DNA of 49,867 bases from a virus (Duplodnaviria; Caudoviricetes): positions 1 to 49,867 of IMG/VR virus record IMGVR_UViG_3300012953_006946. The stretch is one strand, 5' to 3'. The notes beneath the pieces are model-generated. The model worked only from the letters and a program-made list of their open reading frames with translations. It was not told where the DNA came from and made no database searches. Position 1 is the first letter of the stretch, and each line of letters starts with the position of its first letter. Shown in pieces: positions 37,938 through 48,145 of the stretch. Position numbers and translations under genes: made by a program.

Positions 37938-39617
37938 ATGAGTAATAAAAATAAATCTTCCAAAGTGGTTGGCTTGTATAACTGGCATGACGGCGGATAT
38001 TGTGTGTTAGAAGACGGAGTTGTCACAGAACATGTTGAATTTGAGAGATACTCTCGAGAAAAAGAAAGCGGCGGTGACAGTTTAGACTATCTCAGCAAAG
38101 TGTACTTAAAAGCTAACAACCTCTCTATGGAAGATATTGATCATTGGGTTTCTCCTTGCCCAAATACAAACTTAGAAAAAGGTGGTAAAAACACATACGA
38201 CACTCATGACAAACTTGCAAAAGAAAAGATATCTTTTTACTCACATCACTTGTGCCACGCTGCACATGCATACTTTTCTTCTGGGTACGATGATGCTATT
38301 GTCTTGACTGTTGATAGTGCTGGTCTAGATCCCGACGGAAGAGGATATTCTACGACAGCTTATTACTGCAATGGCTTAGACTTAAAGCGAATATTAGCTC
38401 TACCAGAAGAACTTTTTAGCCTGGGTAACTTGTGGACAAGGCTTACAAGATTTGTATTTAAGCTTTCTGCAGGTTATCCTAGAGGATGTCAAGCAGGATC
38501 AGTTATGGCAATGGCAGCAATTGGAGAGCCTGAAAAATACTACAATGACATTCTTCAAATGTTGCAAAAAGATTTTCAGTGGATAAGATACACACCGCCT
38601 GGCTATAAAAGGGGAGTACATGTGCCTCCAGAAGAAGAAGTTTATCACCCTTATCTAGATAAATTTAGAAAAATAGCTGAAGACGAAAAAGAAAAGTTTA
38701 ATTTGGCAGCCAGTCTTCAAAAAGTAACTGAAAATGTAATGTATGACATTATAGAACAGTTAGTCAAGATTTGTAACGACAACAATCTTAATACAAAAAA
38801 TTTATGTTTAGCTGGAGGCGTAAGTTTAAATTCTGTTTCAACAGGAAATATTAGTAAAAACTTAAGTCGATGGAATTTAGATAATGTTTTTGTTCCGCCT
38901 GTACCTTATGATGGAGGACTTAATATAGGCGCATGTCAATATCACTGGCACTCTGTTTTAAGAAATCCTATGACCAAAGAGTTTGTAAGCCCGTACTTAG
39001 GAGAAACTTATAGTATGGATGATGTTCAAGATGCAATAAAACAGAGAGATAAAATCTTAAAAACAGAAAAGAATGTCTCTGTTAAAAAGTGCGCCAAGCT
39101 CCTCCGCGAAGGCAAAATAGTAAGTGTCTTTCAGGGTAGAAGCGAGTCAGGTAGAAGAGCACTAGGCAATAGAAGTATATTAGCAGACCCGACAATAAAA
39201 GGGATGAAAGATCTTATTAATCAAAAAGTCAAGCACAGACAGTGGTACAGACCTTTTGCTCCCTCTATTTTAGAAGAGCATGGAGAAGAATGGTTCGATA
39301 ATTTTTTCCCTTCTCCTTATATGGGCTTTGTTTTTGATATTAGAAAAGAAAAACTAGGCGAGGCCAGTGCGATAGAACACTTTGACGGAACTGCAAGAAT
39401 TCAGTCTGTCAACAAAAGTCAAAATAAGTCTTATTATAAATTAATTAATGAATTCTACAAGCTAAGTGGCGTGCCAATAGTACTAAATACTAGCTTTAAT
39501 GATAGAGAGCCTATATGTGAGACTCCAATGCATGCAATTGATTGTTTCTTAAGGACTGATATTGACTACCTGTATTTCCCAGAATACAAGATTCTTTTAG
39601 AGAAAAGGAAAAATTAA
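37938..39617 (+). CDS. O-carbamoyltransferase (NodU/CmcH/TobZ family)
   Basis: HDGG, E.ERYSR.K, HHLCHA, LAGGVSLN, GRSESG.RALGNRSILADP, VKHRQ.YRPFAP, DGTARIQSV, LNTSFN. Confidence 0.95.
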   Translation: MSNKNKSSKVVGLYNWHDGGYCVLEDGVVTEHVEFERYSREKESGGDSLDYLSKVYLKANNLSMEDIDHWVSPCPNTNLEKGGKNTYDTHDKLAKEKISFYSHHLCHAAHAYFSSGYDDAIVLTVDSAGLDPDGRGYSTTAYYCNGLDLKRILALPEELFSLGNLWTRLTRFVFKLSAGYPRGCQAGSVMAMAAIGEPEKYYNDILQMLQKDFQWIRYTPPGYKRGVHVPPEEEVYHPYLDKFRKIAEDEKEKFNLAASLQKVTENVMYDIIEQLVKICNDNNLNTKNLCLAGGVSLNSVSTGNISKNLSRWNLDNVFVPPVPYDGGLNIGACQYHWHSVLRNPMTKEFVSPYLGETYSMDDVQDAIKQRDKILKTEKNVSVKKCAKLLREGKIVSVFQGRSESGRRALGNRSILADPTIKGMKDLINQKVKHRQWYRPFAPSILEEHGEEWFDNFFPSPYMGFVFDIRKEKLGEASAIEHFDGTARIQSVNKSQNKSYYKLINEFYKLSGVPIVLNTSFNDREPICETPMHAIDCFLRTDIDYLYFPEYKILLEKRKN

Positions 39618-40474
39618 TGAGCGTCACTAGTAGTATAGATGAACTAAATATAGGAATAGTAGGGAATGGTTTTGTAGGATCCGCAATTGCTTCCGGATTT
39701 GCACTTCATTCTAATGTAAAGATATTTGACATTAATCCAAGTAGATCTACACATTCTTTTGAAGAAACTGTAAATAAATCAGATGTAATATTTCTTAGTG
39801 TCCCGACGCCCATGAGACTTTCTTCCGGCAAAATTGACTTAAGTATAATGGACGCTGCAGTTGAAGACATTAGCAAAGTAAATAGAAGAACTGACAATGT
39901 TTTGGTAATAAAATCCACTGTAGTCCCAGGAACTGTAGAAAAATACATAGAAGAATATTCTAATTTAAACATAGTCTTTAGTCCTGAATTTCTTACAGAG
40001 CGCGCCGCAATTCTAGACTTTATAAACGCTTCTAGAATAGTTTTGGGCGGAGATAAAGAGAGTGTCGACAAAGTTGAAAAGGCTTTTAGAGAAAGATTTC
40101 CATTTAAAAAAATAATAAAGACGGATGTGACAACAGCACAGTTTATAAAGTACATGGCTAACTGTTTTTTCTCAACTAAGATATCATTTATGAATGAAAT
40201 GCTTCAAGCTGCTACAGCCATGGGAGTTAATTGGAACAGTGCTATGGAAGGATTTGTTTCCGATGGAAGAATTGGAAACTCTCACTTAGAAGTTCCAGGA
40301 CATGATGGAAGCCTAGGCTTTGGAGGAAAATGCTTTCCAAAAGACTTAAATGCATTTATATGTGCGCTTAAAGAGGCAGATGTTAATCCTATTGTGATGC
40401 AAGCTGTTTGGGAAAAAAATATGGAAGTTCGTCAAAATCATGACTGGCTAGAAATCGACGGCGCAACTTCATAA
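39617..40474 (+). CDS. ugd: UDP-glucose/GDP-mannose 6-dehydrogenase family, short form lacking the C-terminal domain
   Basis: GNGFVG, VPTP, IKSTVVPGT, PEFL, K...N, GFGGKCFPKD. 285 aa. Confidence 0.85.
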   Translation: MSVTSSIDELNIGIVGNGFVGSAIASGFALHSNVKIFDINPSRSTHSFEETVNKSDVIFLSVPTPMRLSSGKIDLSIMDAAVEDISKVNRRTDNVLVIKSTVVPGTVEKYIEEYSNLNIVFSPEFLTERAAILDFINASRIVLGGDKESVDKVEKAFRERFPFKKIIKTDVTTAQFIKYMANCFFSTKISFMNEMLQAATAMGVNWNSAMEGFVSDGRIGNSHLEVPGHDGSLGFGGKCFPKDLNAFICALKEADVNPIVMQAVWEKNMEVRQNHDWLEIDGATS

Positions 40475-40497
40475 AATTTGCACGTTACGAGGAAATA

Positions 40498-41022
40498 ATG
40501 ATAGGCTTGGTAATATTAGATATTGATGGAGTAATGACAGATGGAAAGAAGTATTATGGCCTAGATGGAATTCCATTTGCAAAAACCTACTGTGATAAAG
40601 ACTTTACTGCAATAAAAAGACTAAGAGCTGCTGGAGTAAAAGTTTGTTTTTTGTCAGGAGACGAAAGGGTCAATAAAGCCATGTCAGAGAATAGAAATAT
40701 AGATTTTTATTCTGCAAGAGGCAAAGACAAGTCAGAATTTATTCCTCAGCTAATAAAAAAATACAAAACTCCAGTGTCAAAAATGTTATATGTTGGCGAT
40801 GATTTGTTTGATAAAAGTATTATGAAAATAGTAGGACATGCATTTTGTCCTGTAGACGCCTGTCACGATATTAAAAATATATGCGGCGACAAAAATGTAC
40901 TGCCTGTCAAGGCAGGTGACAATGTCGTTATGTGTCTAGTTTCAGAATTACTTAGTCGAGGTTTAGTGGATGATGCAACAATGGAAGATATCGAAGCGCT
41001 AGATAAAAAAGAGACATTTTAG
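40498..41022 (+). CDS. KdsC-like HAD sugar-acid phosphatase
   Basis: LDIDGVMTDG, LSG, K, YVGDDLFD. Confidence 0.85.
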   Translation: MIGLVILDIDGVMTDGKKYYGLDGIPFAKTYCDKDFTAIKRLRAAGVKVCFLSGDERVNKAMSENRNIDFYSARGKDKSEFIPQLIKKYKTPVSKMLYVGDDLFDKSIMKIVGHAFCPVDACHDIKNICGDKNVLPVKAGDNVVMCLVSELLSRGLVDDATMEDIEALDKKETF

Positions 41023-41039
41023 ACAAGCATTAGGAAAAC

Positions 41040-41744
41040 ATGTTTAAGATAGGACTTCTAGGTAAGAAATATGTAGACACTATTTTACATGTAAATAATG
41101 TTGTACTAGGAGAGACAAATAATTGCACTAGCATAAAAGAAAAGCTAGGTGGATGTTTTAACTTTTTAGATTCAGACATAAAAGATGTACATCTAGAATG
41201 CATAACTAGAGGTGTAAAAATAGCCTATATTGTCTGTGACACAAAAAAAAGTACAAGATCTTCATTTGTCATAGACTCTAAGCCATCAAATATTTCTTTA
41301 CAAGATATTAGCTTTATTAACAGAGAATTTGACTGGATTCATGTATGTTATTTAGATGATTTAGAAGACTTTTCAAAAGTAACACAGATAAAACAGCCAT
41401 TCAGTCTAGACTTTTGTACAGATTCTGACAGATCCTTTTATGTGGATATTATGAATATGTCTAAGGTAATTTTTGACTCTAGACACAGAAAAATTCTTTA
41501 TAAAGACCTTTGCGTAAAAACACCTATCATTTTTCACGATGAGTTTGGCTTTGAAATTGTAAAGAATAGAAAAACAATACATCTAGAGAGTATGATCCCT
41601 CTAGCCTTGTCTGACGTCAACGGCGCAGGTGATCTATATGCAGCTTATTTCCTAAAAAATTATCAATCTTTAGGTATAATTGAATCAGCTCGTCTTGCGA
41701 TGAAAGCTGCGACAACCACACTAGTCAACAGAGAGAAACAATAA
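41040..41744 (+). CDS. Divergent PfkB/ribokinase-family carbohydrate kinase
   Basis: C-terminal DVNGAGDLYAA matches the PfkB signature. N-terminal G..YVD and LGG. Confidence 0.7.
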   Translation: MFKIGLLGKKYVDTILHVNNVVLGETNNCTSIKEKLGGCFNFLDSDIKDVHLECITRGVKIAYIVCDTKKSTRSSFVIDSKPSNISLQDISFINREFDWIHVCYLDDLEDFSKVTQIKQPFSLDFCTDSDRSFYVDIMNMSKVIFDSRHRKILYKDLCVKTPIIFHDEFGFEIVKNRKTIHLESMIPLALSDVNGAGDLYAAYFLKNYQSLGIIESARLAMKAATTTLVNREKQ

Positions 41745-42910
41745 TGACTAAGAAATTTAATTTACTTCTCCCAATTGCAGGAAAAGCACAAAGATTTATT
41801 AATGAGGGCTATACTATGCCAAAGCCTCTTATTATGGCAAAAGACAAGCACATAATTGACTGGGCATTAGAATCTATTGAAACATCAGAATGTAATCTTA
41901 TTTTTGCTGTCCGTCTAGACCATGTTCACAACTTTGGAATTGATGATATTCTTCGTCAAAAATTTGGAAATCAAATAAAAATTGTAATTGTGGACAGAGT
42001 GACTAGAGGTTCTGTAGAAACATGTCTTTTAGCTAGAGAGCATATTAATAACGACTTACCACTTATTATTTACACTCCTGATGTCTACTTTCAACCTACA
42101 TTTGATCCATCTTCTGTTTCTTCAAATTTGGATGGATTTTTGTTGACATTCAAAGCTAATAGCTCTGCACATAGCTATGTTGAGCTAGGTCCGGATGGTT
42201 ATGCAGTAAGGACTGCTGAAAAAGAAGTCATAAGTCAAAATGCAGCTGTTGGAGTATACTATTACAAGACTGGAAAGATGTTTGTAGACTATGCTGATCG
42301 TCTTATTGAAGAAGACATACGGGTAAAAAATGAATTCTATATTTGTCCAATGTTTAATTTTCTAATCAACGATGGCTTAAAAGTAGGAATTCATCAGACA
42401 CAAAAAATGCATGTGCTGGGTACACCTATGGAGCTTGAGTTTTTTGTTGACCACGTGACACCACGATTTGGTGATAAGCCGGTAGGCCTGTGTTGCGATC
42501 ACTCCGGCTTTTCTCTTAAGGAAAAAGCTAGAAAACTTCTAGAAGAAAACGAAGTAAATTACATAGACTTTGGAACTCATGTCAACAAAGATTGTGATTA
42601 TAATGAGTATGCCATACAGGCTGTTAGAGCAATAAGTGAAAAAACATGCGACTTTGTTTTAGGTTTTTGTAGAACTGGACAAGGAATTAATATATTGGCA
42701 AATCATCTTCCAGGTGCTCGATCTGCGTTGGTATTCGATGAATACACTGCTGAATATGCCATTAGACATAATTGTGCAAACTTTTTCTCCATCCCGGAAA
42801 AATATGTCAATATAAAAATGCTTGACAAAATGATCAAGATTTGGAAGACAGCAACATTTGATGGAGGAAGGCATATGACCAGAATGAATAAAACAATAGG
42901 AAGAGACTAG
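41744..42910 (+). CDS. Fusion: nucleotidyltransferase (GT-A fold) + RpiB/LacAB sugar-phosphate isomerase
   Basis: PIAGKAQRF...PKPLI, EK..IS, EFY, LGTP. C-terminal CDHSG..LK, DFG, FCRTGQG..I.AN, RHN.AN, FDGGRH..R. Confidence 0.88.
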   Translation: MTKKFNLLLPIAGKAQRFINEGYTMPKPLIMAKDKHIIDWALESIETSECNLIFAVRLDHVHNFGIDDILRQKFGNQIKIVIVDRVTRGSVETCLLAREHINNDLPLIIYTPDVYFQPTFDPSSVSSNLDGFLLTFKANSSAHSYVELGPDGYAVRTAEKEVISQNAAVGVYYYKTGKMFVDYADRLIEEDIRVKNEFYICPMFNFLINDGLKVGIHQTQKMHVLGTPMELEFFVDHVTPRFGDKPVGLCCDHSGFSLKEKARKLLEENEVNYIDFGTHVNKDCDYNEYAIQAVRAISEKTCDFVLGFCRTGQGINILANHLPGARSALVFDEYTAEYAIRHNCANFFSIPEKYVNIKMLDKMIKIWKTATFDGGRHMTRMNKTIGRD

Positions 42911-42911
42911 A

Positions 42912-43754
42912 ATGAGTGATATTGACTTTACTTTTGCTATATGTCATGGTCAAAGTATGGGTGCATCAAACCCAAACAAAAAACCAAAAATACAAGAAGT
43001 CATTGATTCAATAAGGTCACAAAGTATAAAAAACTATGAAATCTTAATTTTAGGCGACTCTTCAAAAGTTAACATGTCTTTTGAGGGAGATGACATAAGA
43101 TGCCTAGACTTTGACGACAGCCAAATGTCTGGAAAGTGGTTAACAAAGAAAAAGAATATTTTGACTAAAGAGGCAAAGTACGAAAACATAGTTTATATGC
43201 ACAACTATGTCTGCTTAAATGAGGATTGGTATCCAGGTTTTTTAAAGTTTGGAGAAGACTTTCACATATGCACAACAAAAGCTTACAATATGGACAACTC
43301 AAAAAATAATACATGGATTCTAAATCCGTTTTTTGAAGAGCATAGAAAGTCACTACTGGGAAACATCAACAAAAGAAATGAGTATGTTCTCCCGGATGAT
43401 GCAACAAAATATTCAAAGATTCAGTATATACCAGGTTACTATTGGATTGCAAAAAAGAGTGTAATGCTAGATGTGCCACTTGACGAGAGAATAATGCAAG
43501 CTGAAGCTGAAGACTGTGAGTGGTCTCTAAGGGCATCTATAAAATACAATTTTAGCTTAAATACACACTCTAGTGTTTTTCTTTTACGCCCAGGAAAAAA
43601 TGATCGAAGAACTAGGCAAGTTTTAGGTGAAGATGTAATGTCACACTTAGACAATTTGTCTGAAGAGCAAATTAATGAATATCACTCTTCTGAAAGAGAG
43701 ACATATAGAAGCATGTGGCTTAAAGACAAAAAATTCTTAGATGAAATGGAGTAA
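42912..43754 (+). CDS. GT-A fold glycosyltransferase-like protein
   Basis: IDSI......YEILI, KKN......AKYE.IVYMH, PLDE......EDCEWS. Confidence 0.7.
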   Translation: MSDIDFTFAICHGQSMGASNPNKKPKIQEVIDSIRSQSIKNYEILILGDSSKVNMSFEGDDIRCLDFDDSQMSGKWLTKKKNILTKEAKYENIVYMHNYVCLNEDWYPGFLKFGEDFHICTTKAYNMDNSKNNTWILNPFFEEHRKSLLGNINKRNEYVLPDDATKYSKIQYIPGYYWIAKKSVMLDVPLDERIMQAEAEDCEWSLRASIKYNFSLNTHSSVFLLRPGKNDRRTRQVLGEDVMSHLDNLSEEQINEYHSSERETYRSMWLKDKKFLDEME

Positions 43755-43767
43755 GGTTAAAAAGTAA

Positions 43768-44541
43768 ATGGCGATCAAAAGAATAAAAAAGAACATCCAC
43801 AAAGGAGAGCGATGCTTTATCCTAGGCACAGGCCCTGGTTTAAATGACTTAGATCTTTCTTTTTTAGAAGATGAAATAACAATTGGGATGAACACTATTT
43901 TAAGAAAAGAAGATGTCACTCCAAACTACATCGTGATCGCTGACACAATACAACTAGAAGGAAATTGGAACACAATATGGGATAAAAGAATGTTAGGGAG
44001 GCACTATGTTGTCAATACAGGGTGCAATATGAGAGGAACAAAAAAGCACGACGATCTCTCTGGAATGTGTAAAGAAGGAAGAGGCTCAACATGCAGTGAC
44101 AGATTCTATGACAAACTACCTGACGAATATGACATTCACCCGGTTCGACATGAAGAAAAGTCCGGTGCCTATCAAACATTCTTTGTAAGAGATCCACCCA
44201 ATCAAAAAGATAAAATAATAATGACACGGTTGGACGAGTACTACATGGATCCTTATTTAAAAACCATATCAGGCTATGGTTGCTCCTCAATGGACGCTCT
44301 TGCAATTCCAACTGCTGTTTTTTTAGGCTGTAAAGAAATTTACATGATTGGAACTGATAGAAGTCGATGTCATTTTTATGACTCTCGTCCTGGAAGTAGA
44401 CATATAGAATTCACACATGTATTGCCGATACTAAAAAAGAAAGGGGTGAAGCTTTACAACGCAGACCCAGCAAATGCTTTTCCGGAAGTAGAATACAAAA
44501 AGTATGAAGACTTATTTAAAAGCTTAAAGGAAGCATCATGA
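43768..44541 (+). CDS. DUF115/Maf (MptE-like) family putative glycosyltransferase
   Basis: GERCFILGTGPGL, IGMN, P.Y....D, A..LGCKEIYMIG.D. Confidence 0.72.
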   Translation: MAIKRIKKNIHKGERCFILGTGPGLNDLDLSFLEDEITIGMNTILRKEDVTPNYIVIADTIQLEGNWNTIWDKRMLGRHYVVNTGCNMRGTKKHDDLSGMCKEGRGSTCSDRFYDKLPDEYDIHPVRHEEKSGAYQTFFVRDPPNQKDKIIMTRLDEYYMDPYLKTISGYGCSSMDALAIPTAVFLGCKEIYMIGTDRSRCHFYDSRPGSRHIEFTHVLPILKKKGVKLYNADPANAFPEVEYKKYEDLFKSLKEAS

Positions 44542-45686
44542 AAAAAATTGCAATGATACCTGCTAGATTAGGTAGTAAAAGAGTTCCAAATAAAAATTTA
44601 AGAATGATAGATGGAAAACCCTTAGTCTGTTATGTTTTGGACACTTTAATTAAGTCAAAAGCTTTTAGCAAAAAAGACATTTATATTAATTCTGAGTCTT
44701 TAATCTTTAAAACAATTGCAGACTCTAGAGGTGTAAATTTTTACCATAGGTCTGAAAGACTATCATCTGATGAAGCCACCAATGATGAGTTTGCTTTAGA
44801 TTTTATCGAGGCAACTAAATGTGATGTTCTATATCAATTTCTTGCCACCTCACCTTTTCTTTCGTGTGAAGACATAAATCTTTTTGTCAAAAGAATGGAG
44901 AGTGAATTATTAGATACTCTAGTCTCTGTAAAATCAGAACAGATAGAATGTGTACACTTAGACAAGCCTATAAACTTTAATCAGAAAAAGAAGTCTCCAC
45001 CATCTCAGGATCTAGAACCGATCTATGCATACGCATGCGGAATGATGGCCTGGAATTCTCAAAAGTTTATTAGTAATATGAAAAAATACGACTCAGGATA
45101 TCATGGAGGGGATGGAAAAATTGGATACTACGCCCTAAAAGGATATTCTACTGTCGATGTTGATACCAACGAAGACTTTCAGCTAGCAGAGGCCATTCAT
45201 TCATCTTTATCTCTTAAGAAAAAGCCAGAACCCACTTACTATGTTCCTGAGAAACACGCTTTTATAAGGCATGAAGTTCACGTTCCTGAAATTCTAGACA
45301 AAGACGGTGTTCAGGAGAGAGACTTCGTATCAGAGAATAAGACAATTGTCAATGCGAGAGAGATAATTGAAAACGCCTCAGAGTCTTCTTGGATAAGAAG
45401 AATTGTAAACACAGAAAATAATAGCTGCTGTTTAATATCACAGTTGCCTGGCGAAGGCAATCGAAAACATTACCATCCTAGCTGGAATGAATGGTGGTAT
45501 ATTGTAGACGGAGAGTGGGATTTTGAAATTGAAAGCAAGATACATCGAGTCAAAAAAGATGATATTATTTTCATACCTAAAAATTCTTGGCATAAAATAA
45601 CTGCTGTAGGAGATAAGCCGGCCATAAGACTAGCAGTAAGTAGAGAGGATGTAAAGCACTCTTATGATACGTCAGAAGAAAATTAA
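44538..45686 (+). CDS. Fusion: acylneuraminate cytidylyltransferase (NeuA/CMAS-like) + C-terminal cupin
   Basis: IPARLGSKRVPNKN, TSPF, VDVDT.EDF. Cupin H.HP...EWW.I..G...IP....H. Confidence 0.88.
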   Translation: MKKIAMIPARLGSKRVPNKNLRMIDGKPLVCYVLDTLIKSKAFSKKDIYINSESLIFKTIADSRGVNFYHRSERLSSDEATNDEFALDFIEATKCDVLYQFLATSPFLSCEDINLFVKRMESELLDTLVSVKSEQIECVHLDKPINFNQKKKSPPSQDLEPIYAYACGMMAWNSQKFISNMKKYDSGYHGGDGKIGYYALKGYSTVDVDTNEDFQLAEAIHSSLSLKKKPEPTYYVPEKHAFIRHEVHVPEILDKDGVQERDFVSENKTIVNAREIIENASESSWIRRIVNTENNSCCLISQLPGEGNRKHYHPSWNEWWYIVDGEWDFEIESKIHRVKKDDIIFIPKNSWHKITAVGDKPAIRLAVSREDVKHSYDTSEEN

Positions 45687-46854
45687 AACTTCAGACATTA
45701 GCTTCCATGGAATAAAAGTAAATTTAGACAAGAGTTCCGGAAGCTATGTTTATGATGATAACACAGGTAGAGAGTATTTAGACTTTTTTGGAATGTATTC
45801 TTCTCAAGCCCTAGGATACAATCACCCTTCTTTTAGCACAGCAGAATTTAAAAAAGAAGTTATTAAAGCCGCGACTGTTAAAGTATGCAATTGTGAAATG
45901 TCCACAGAAATATATGAATCTTTTGTTGAAGACTTTTCTAATTTTGCGATTCCAGAGCAGTACACAGGTGTTCATTTTGCGTGCACAGGAGGTCTAGCAG
46001 TAGAAGGTGCTATCAAGACAGCACTTTACCATATGCTATCTAAGGGTCTTCGTGGAGACTTACCGATTATTTCTTTTAAAAAATCATTTCACGGAATAAC
46101 TTCATATGGAAATTTTACAACAGATAGAGTTGGCCCTGCCGGCAAAAGACTAAACGGTTATCCGGACATGAATTGGCCAAAAGCTAATTCTGTAAGTCAT
46201 CTAAAAGATATAATTGAGTCAGGCCTTAAAGTAGGCGCTGTAATTTTAGAACCTATTCAGTGCACTTCTGGTGATAAACACATATCATTAGAAGATTTAG
46301 ACAACATCAGGCAGATAACTAGTCAGCACAAGATACCGTTAATATTTGATGAAGTTCAGACTGGATTTTGCGCGACAGGAAATGTGTGGTTCTTTCAAAA
46401 ATTATCATGGAGCCCAGATATTGTTGTCTTTGGAAAGAAGTCACAAGTTTCAGGATTTTTTGTTAAAGAAGGATTTGATCAAATATTCAATAGCAATGAA
46501 GCCGGAAGACTTTGTATTACTTTTGATGGTGATATTATTGACATGGTTAGGTGTAAAAATATTATTCGCGTAATTAATCATGATGATCTACTATCTAATG
46601 TAAGAAACAGAGAACAGCAAATAATGAGTCACATTTTACAAATTCCAGGAATAATAAACCCTAGATCTGCAGGCTTGCTTATAGGGTTTGACTTAAAAGA
46701 TAGAAAGACTAGAGATACATTTGTAAGAGACTTAAGTAATATTGGTATGATTTGTAATCCTACGGGTGAAAAGTCAGTACGGATGCGACCAAGCTTGTCT
46801 GTAACAGAGTCTGAGATATCTCACGCAATGAGCCTGGTTAGGGAGGCAATATGA
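45664..46854 (+). CDS. Class III PLP aminotransferase (L-lysine 6-transaminase-like)
   Basis: YLDF, LGYNHP, TG..AVE, SFHG, EPIQ, FDEVQTG, FGKK. Confidence 0.88.
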   Translation: MIRQKKIKTSDISFHGIKVNLDKSSGSYVYDDNTGREYLDFFGMYSSQALGYNHPSFSTAEFKKEVIKAATVKVCNCEMSTEIYESFVEDFSNFAIPEQYTGVHFACTGGLAVEGAIKTALYHMLSKGLRGDLPIISFKKSFHGITSYGNFTTDRVGPAGKRLNGYPDMNWPKANSVSHLKDIIESGLKVGAVILEPIQCTSGDKHISLEDLDNIRQITSQHKIPLIFDEVQTGFCATGNVWFFQKLSWSPDIVVFGKKSQVSGFFVKEGFDQIFNSNEAGRLCITFDGDIIDMVRCKNIIRVINHDDLLSNVRNREQQIMSHILQIPGIINPRSAGLLIGFDLKDRKTRDTFVRDLSNIGMICNPTGEKSVRMRPSLSVTESEISHAMSLVREAI

Positions 46855-47429
46855 AAATAGATTTTGAAAACATTGAAAAAAGGTGCAAAGAAGCCGTAGA
46901 CTCTTCTGAATACAATCAGCTTGTAAAAAAAGTCAATCGTGCAAAAAAGATATTCTTATTAGGAAATGGAGGTCTACACTATGTAGCTAGTCATATGGCT
47001 ACAGATATGTCGAGACTAATCACTAATAAGTCTGTTTACTCATTTGATAGCGTCGGGTTTATCACGTCCAATGCAAATGATCATGGATTTGAACACCTAT
47101 TTGTCAGATGGTTAGAGACAATCGCTTTGGTAGAAGATCCAAAAGATTGCCTAGTGATTGGCATGTCATGCTCTGGAAACTCTTCAAATGTTATAAATGC
47201 TTTGCACTGGTCAGATAGCAGAGATATTGATACTTTTATGATATCAGGACAAAAGTCAGAATCTTTAAATACGAATATTAAAGAAATGAGTTTTGAGTGC
47301 CAATATTTTCACACTGTTGAAGTGATGTGTATGATTATGTTTTATGACCTAATTCATCAAACAGATAATAAATGCCCATCTATAAGAGGTGAAAAAAATA
47401 GAATGAAAGGTTCGCCTCTAAGAACATGA
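46851..47429 (+). CDS. SIS-domain sugar-phosphate isomerase (GmhA-like)
   Basis: GNGG...ASH.A.D, TS.AND.G....F, S.SGNS.NV, E. Confidence 0.85.
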   Translation: MKIDFENIEKRCKEAVDSSEYNQLVKKVNRAKKIFLLGNGGLHYVASHMATDMSRLITNKSVYSFDSVGFITSNANDHGFEHLFVRWLETIALVEDPKDCLVIGMSCSGNSSNVINALHWSDSRDIDTFMISGQKSESLNTNIKEMSFECQYFHTVEVMCMIMFYDLIHQTDNKCPSIRGEKNRMKGSPLRT

Positions 47430-48145
47430 TAATAGACTTCTCAGGATTAAAAGTTTTAGTAACTGGAGGAACCAGAGGTATTGGAAAGCAAGTGGCCAAA
47501 GATTTATCTGCTGCTAAAGCAGATGTAATCATCACAGGAACTAAAAAACCAGAATGGTCAGATAAAAGTATTAAGTTTTTTCCTTGTGACTTTTTAGATA
47601 AAAACTCTGTTGACAAGATGATCTTGTTTTTAGAAGAAGAAAAGATTGATGTATGTATTAACAATGCCGGAATCAACAGAATAAGTCCGACATGCAGCAT
47701 TCTAGAAAAAGACTGGAGTGATGTAATGGAAGTCAATCTAACGGTTCCGTACAAAATAATAAAGACAGTATGTAAAAATATGAAGGCACAAAATTTTGGG
47801 CGGATTGTAAATGTATCTTCTATTTGGGGCTTATTAGGTAAAGAGAAGCGGGTAAGTTACTCTTCTAGTAAGTTTGGGCTTCGCGGCCTAACAGTATCAG
47901 CATCAGCTGAATTAGCAGAGCATAACATTCTAGTTAACGCCGTCGCTCCTGGCTTTACATTGACTGACCTGACCAAACAGTCTTTAACAGAAGAAGAGAT
48001 GAAAAAACTTTGCTTGCAAATTCCTGTTAAAAGAATGGCCAAAACTAAAGAAATTTCCTCAGCAATACTTTTTCTAGCAAGTCCGAATAACTCTTACATT
48101 ACAGGACAAACACTTGCTGTTGATGGAGGGTTTACTAGTGTCTAA
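47426..48145 (+). CDS. Short-chain dehydrogenase/reductase (SDR)
   Basis: TGGTRGIG, NNAGI, YSSSK, NAVAPG. Confidence 0.93.
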   Translation: MIIDFSGLKVLVTGGTRGIGKQVAKDLSAAKADVIITGTKKPEWSDKSIKFFPCDFLDKNSVDKMILFLEEEKIDVCINNAGINRISPTCSILEKDWSDVMEVNLTVPYKIIKTVCKNMKAQNFGRIVNVSSIWGLLGKEKRVSYSSSKFGLRGLTVSASAELAEHNILVNAVAPGFTLTDLTKQSLTEEEMKKLCLQIPVKRMAKTKEISSAILFLASPNNSYITGQTLAVDGGFTSV

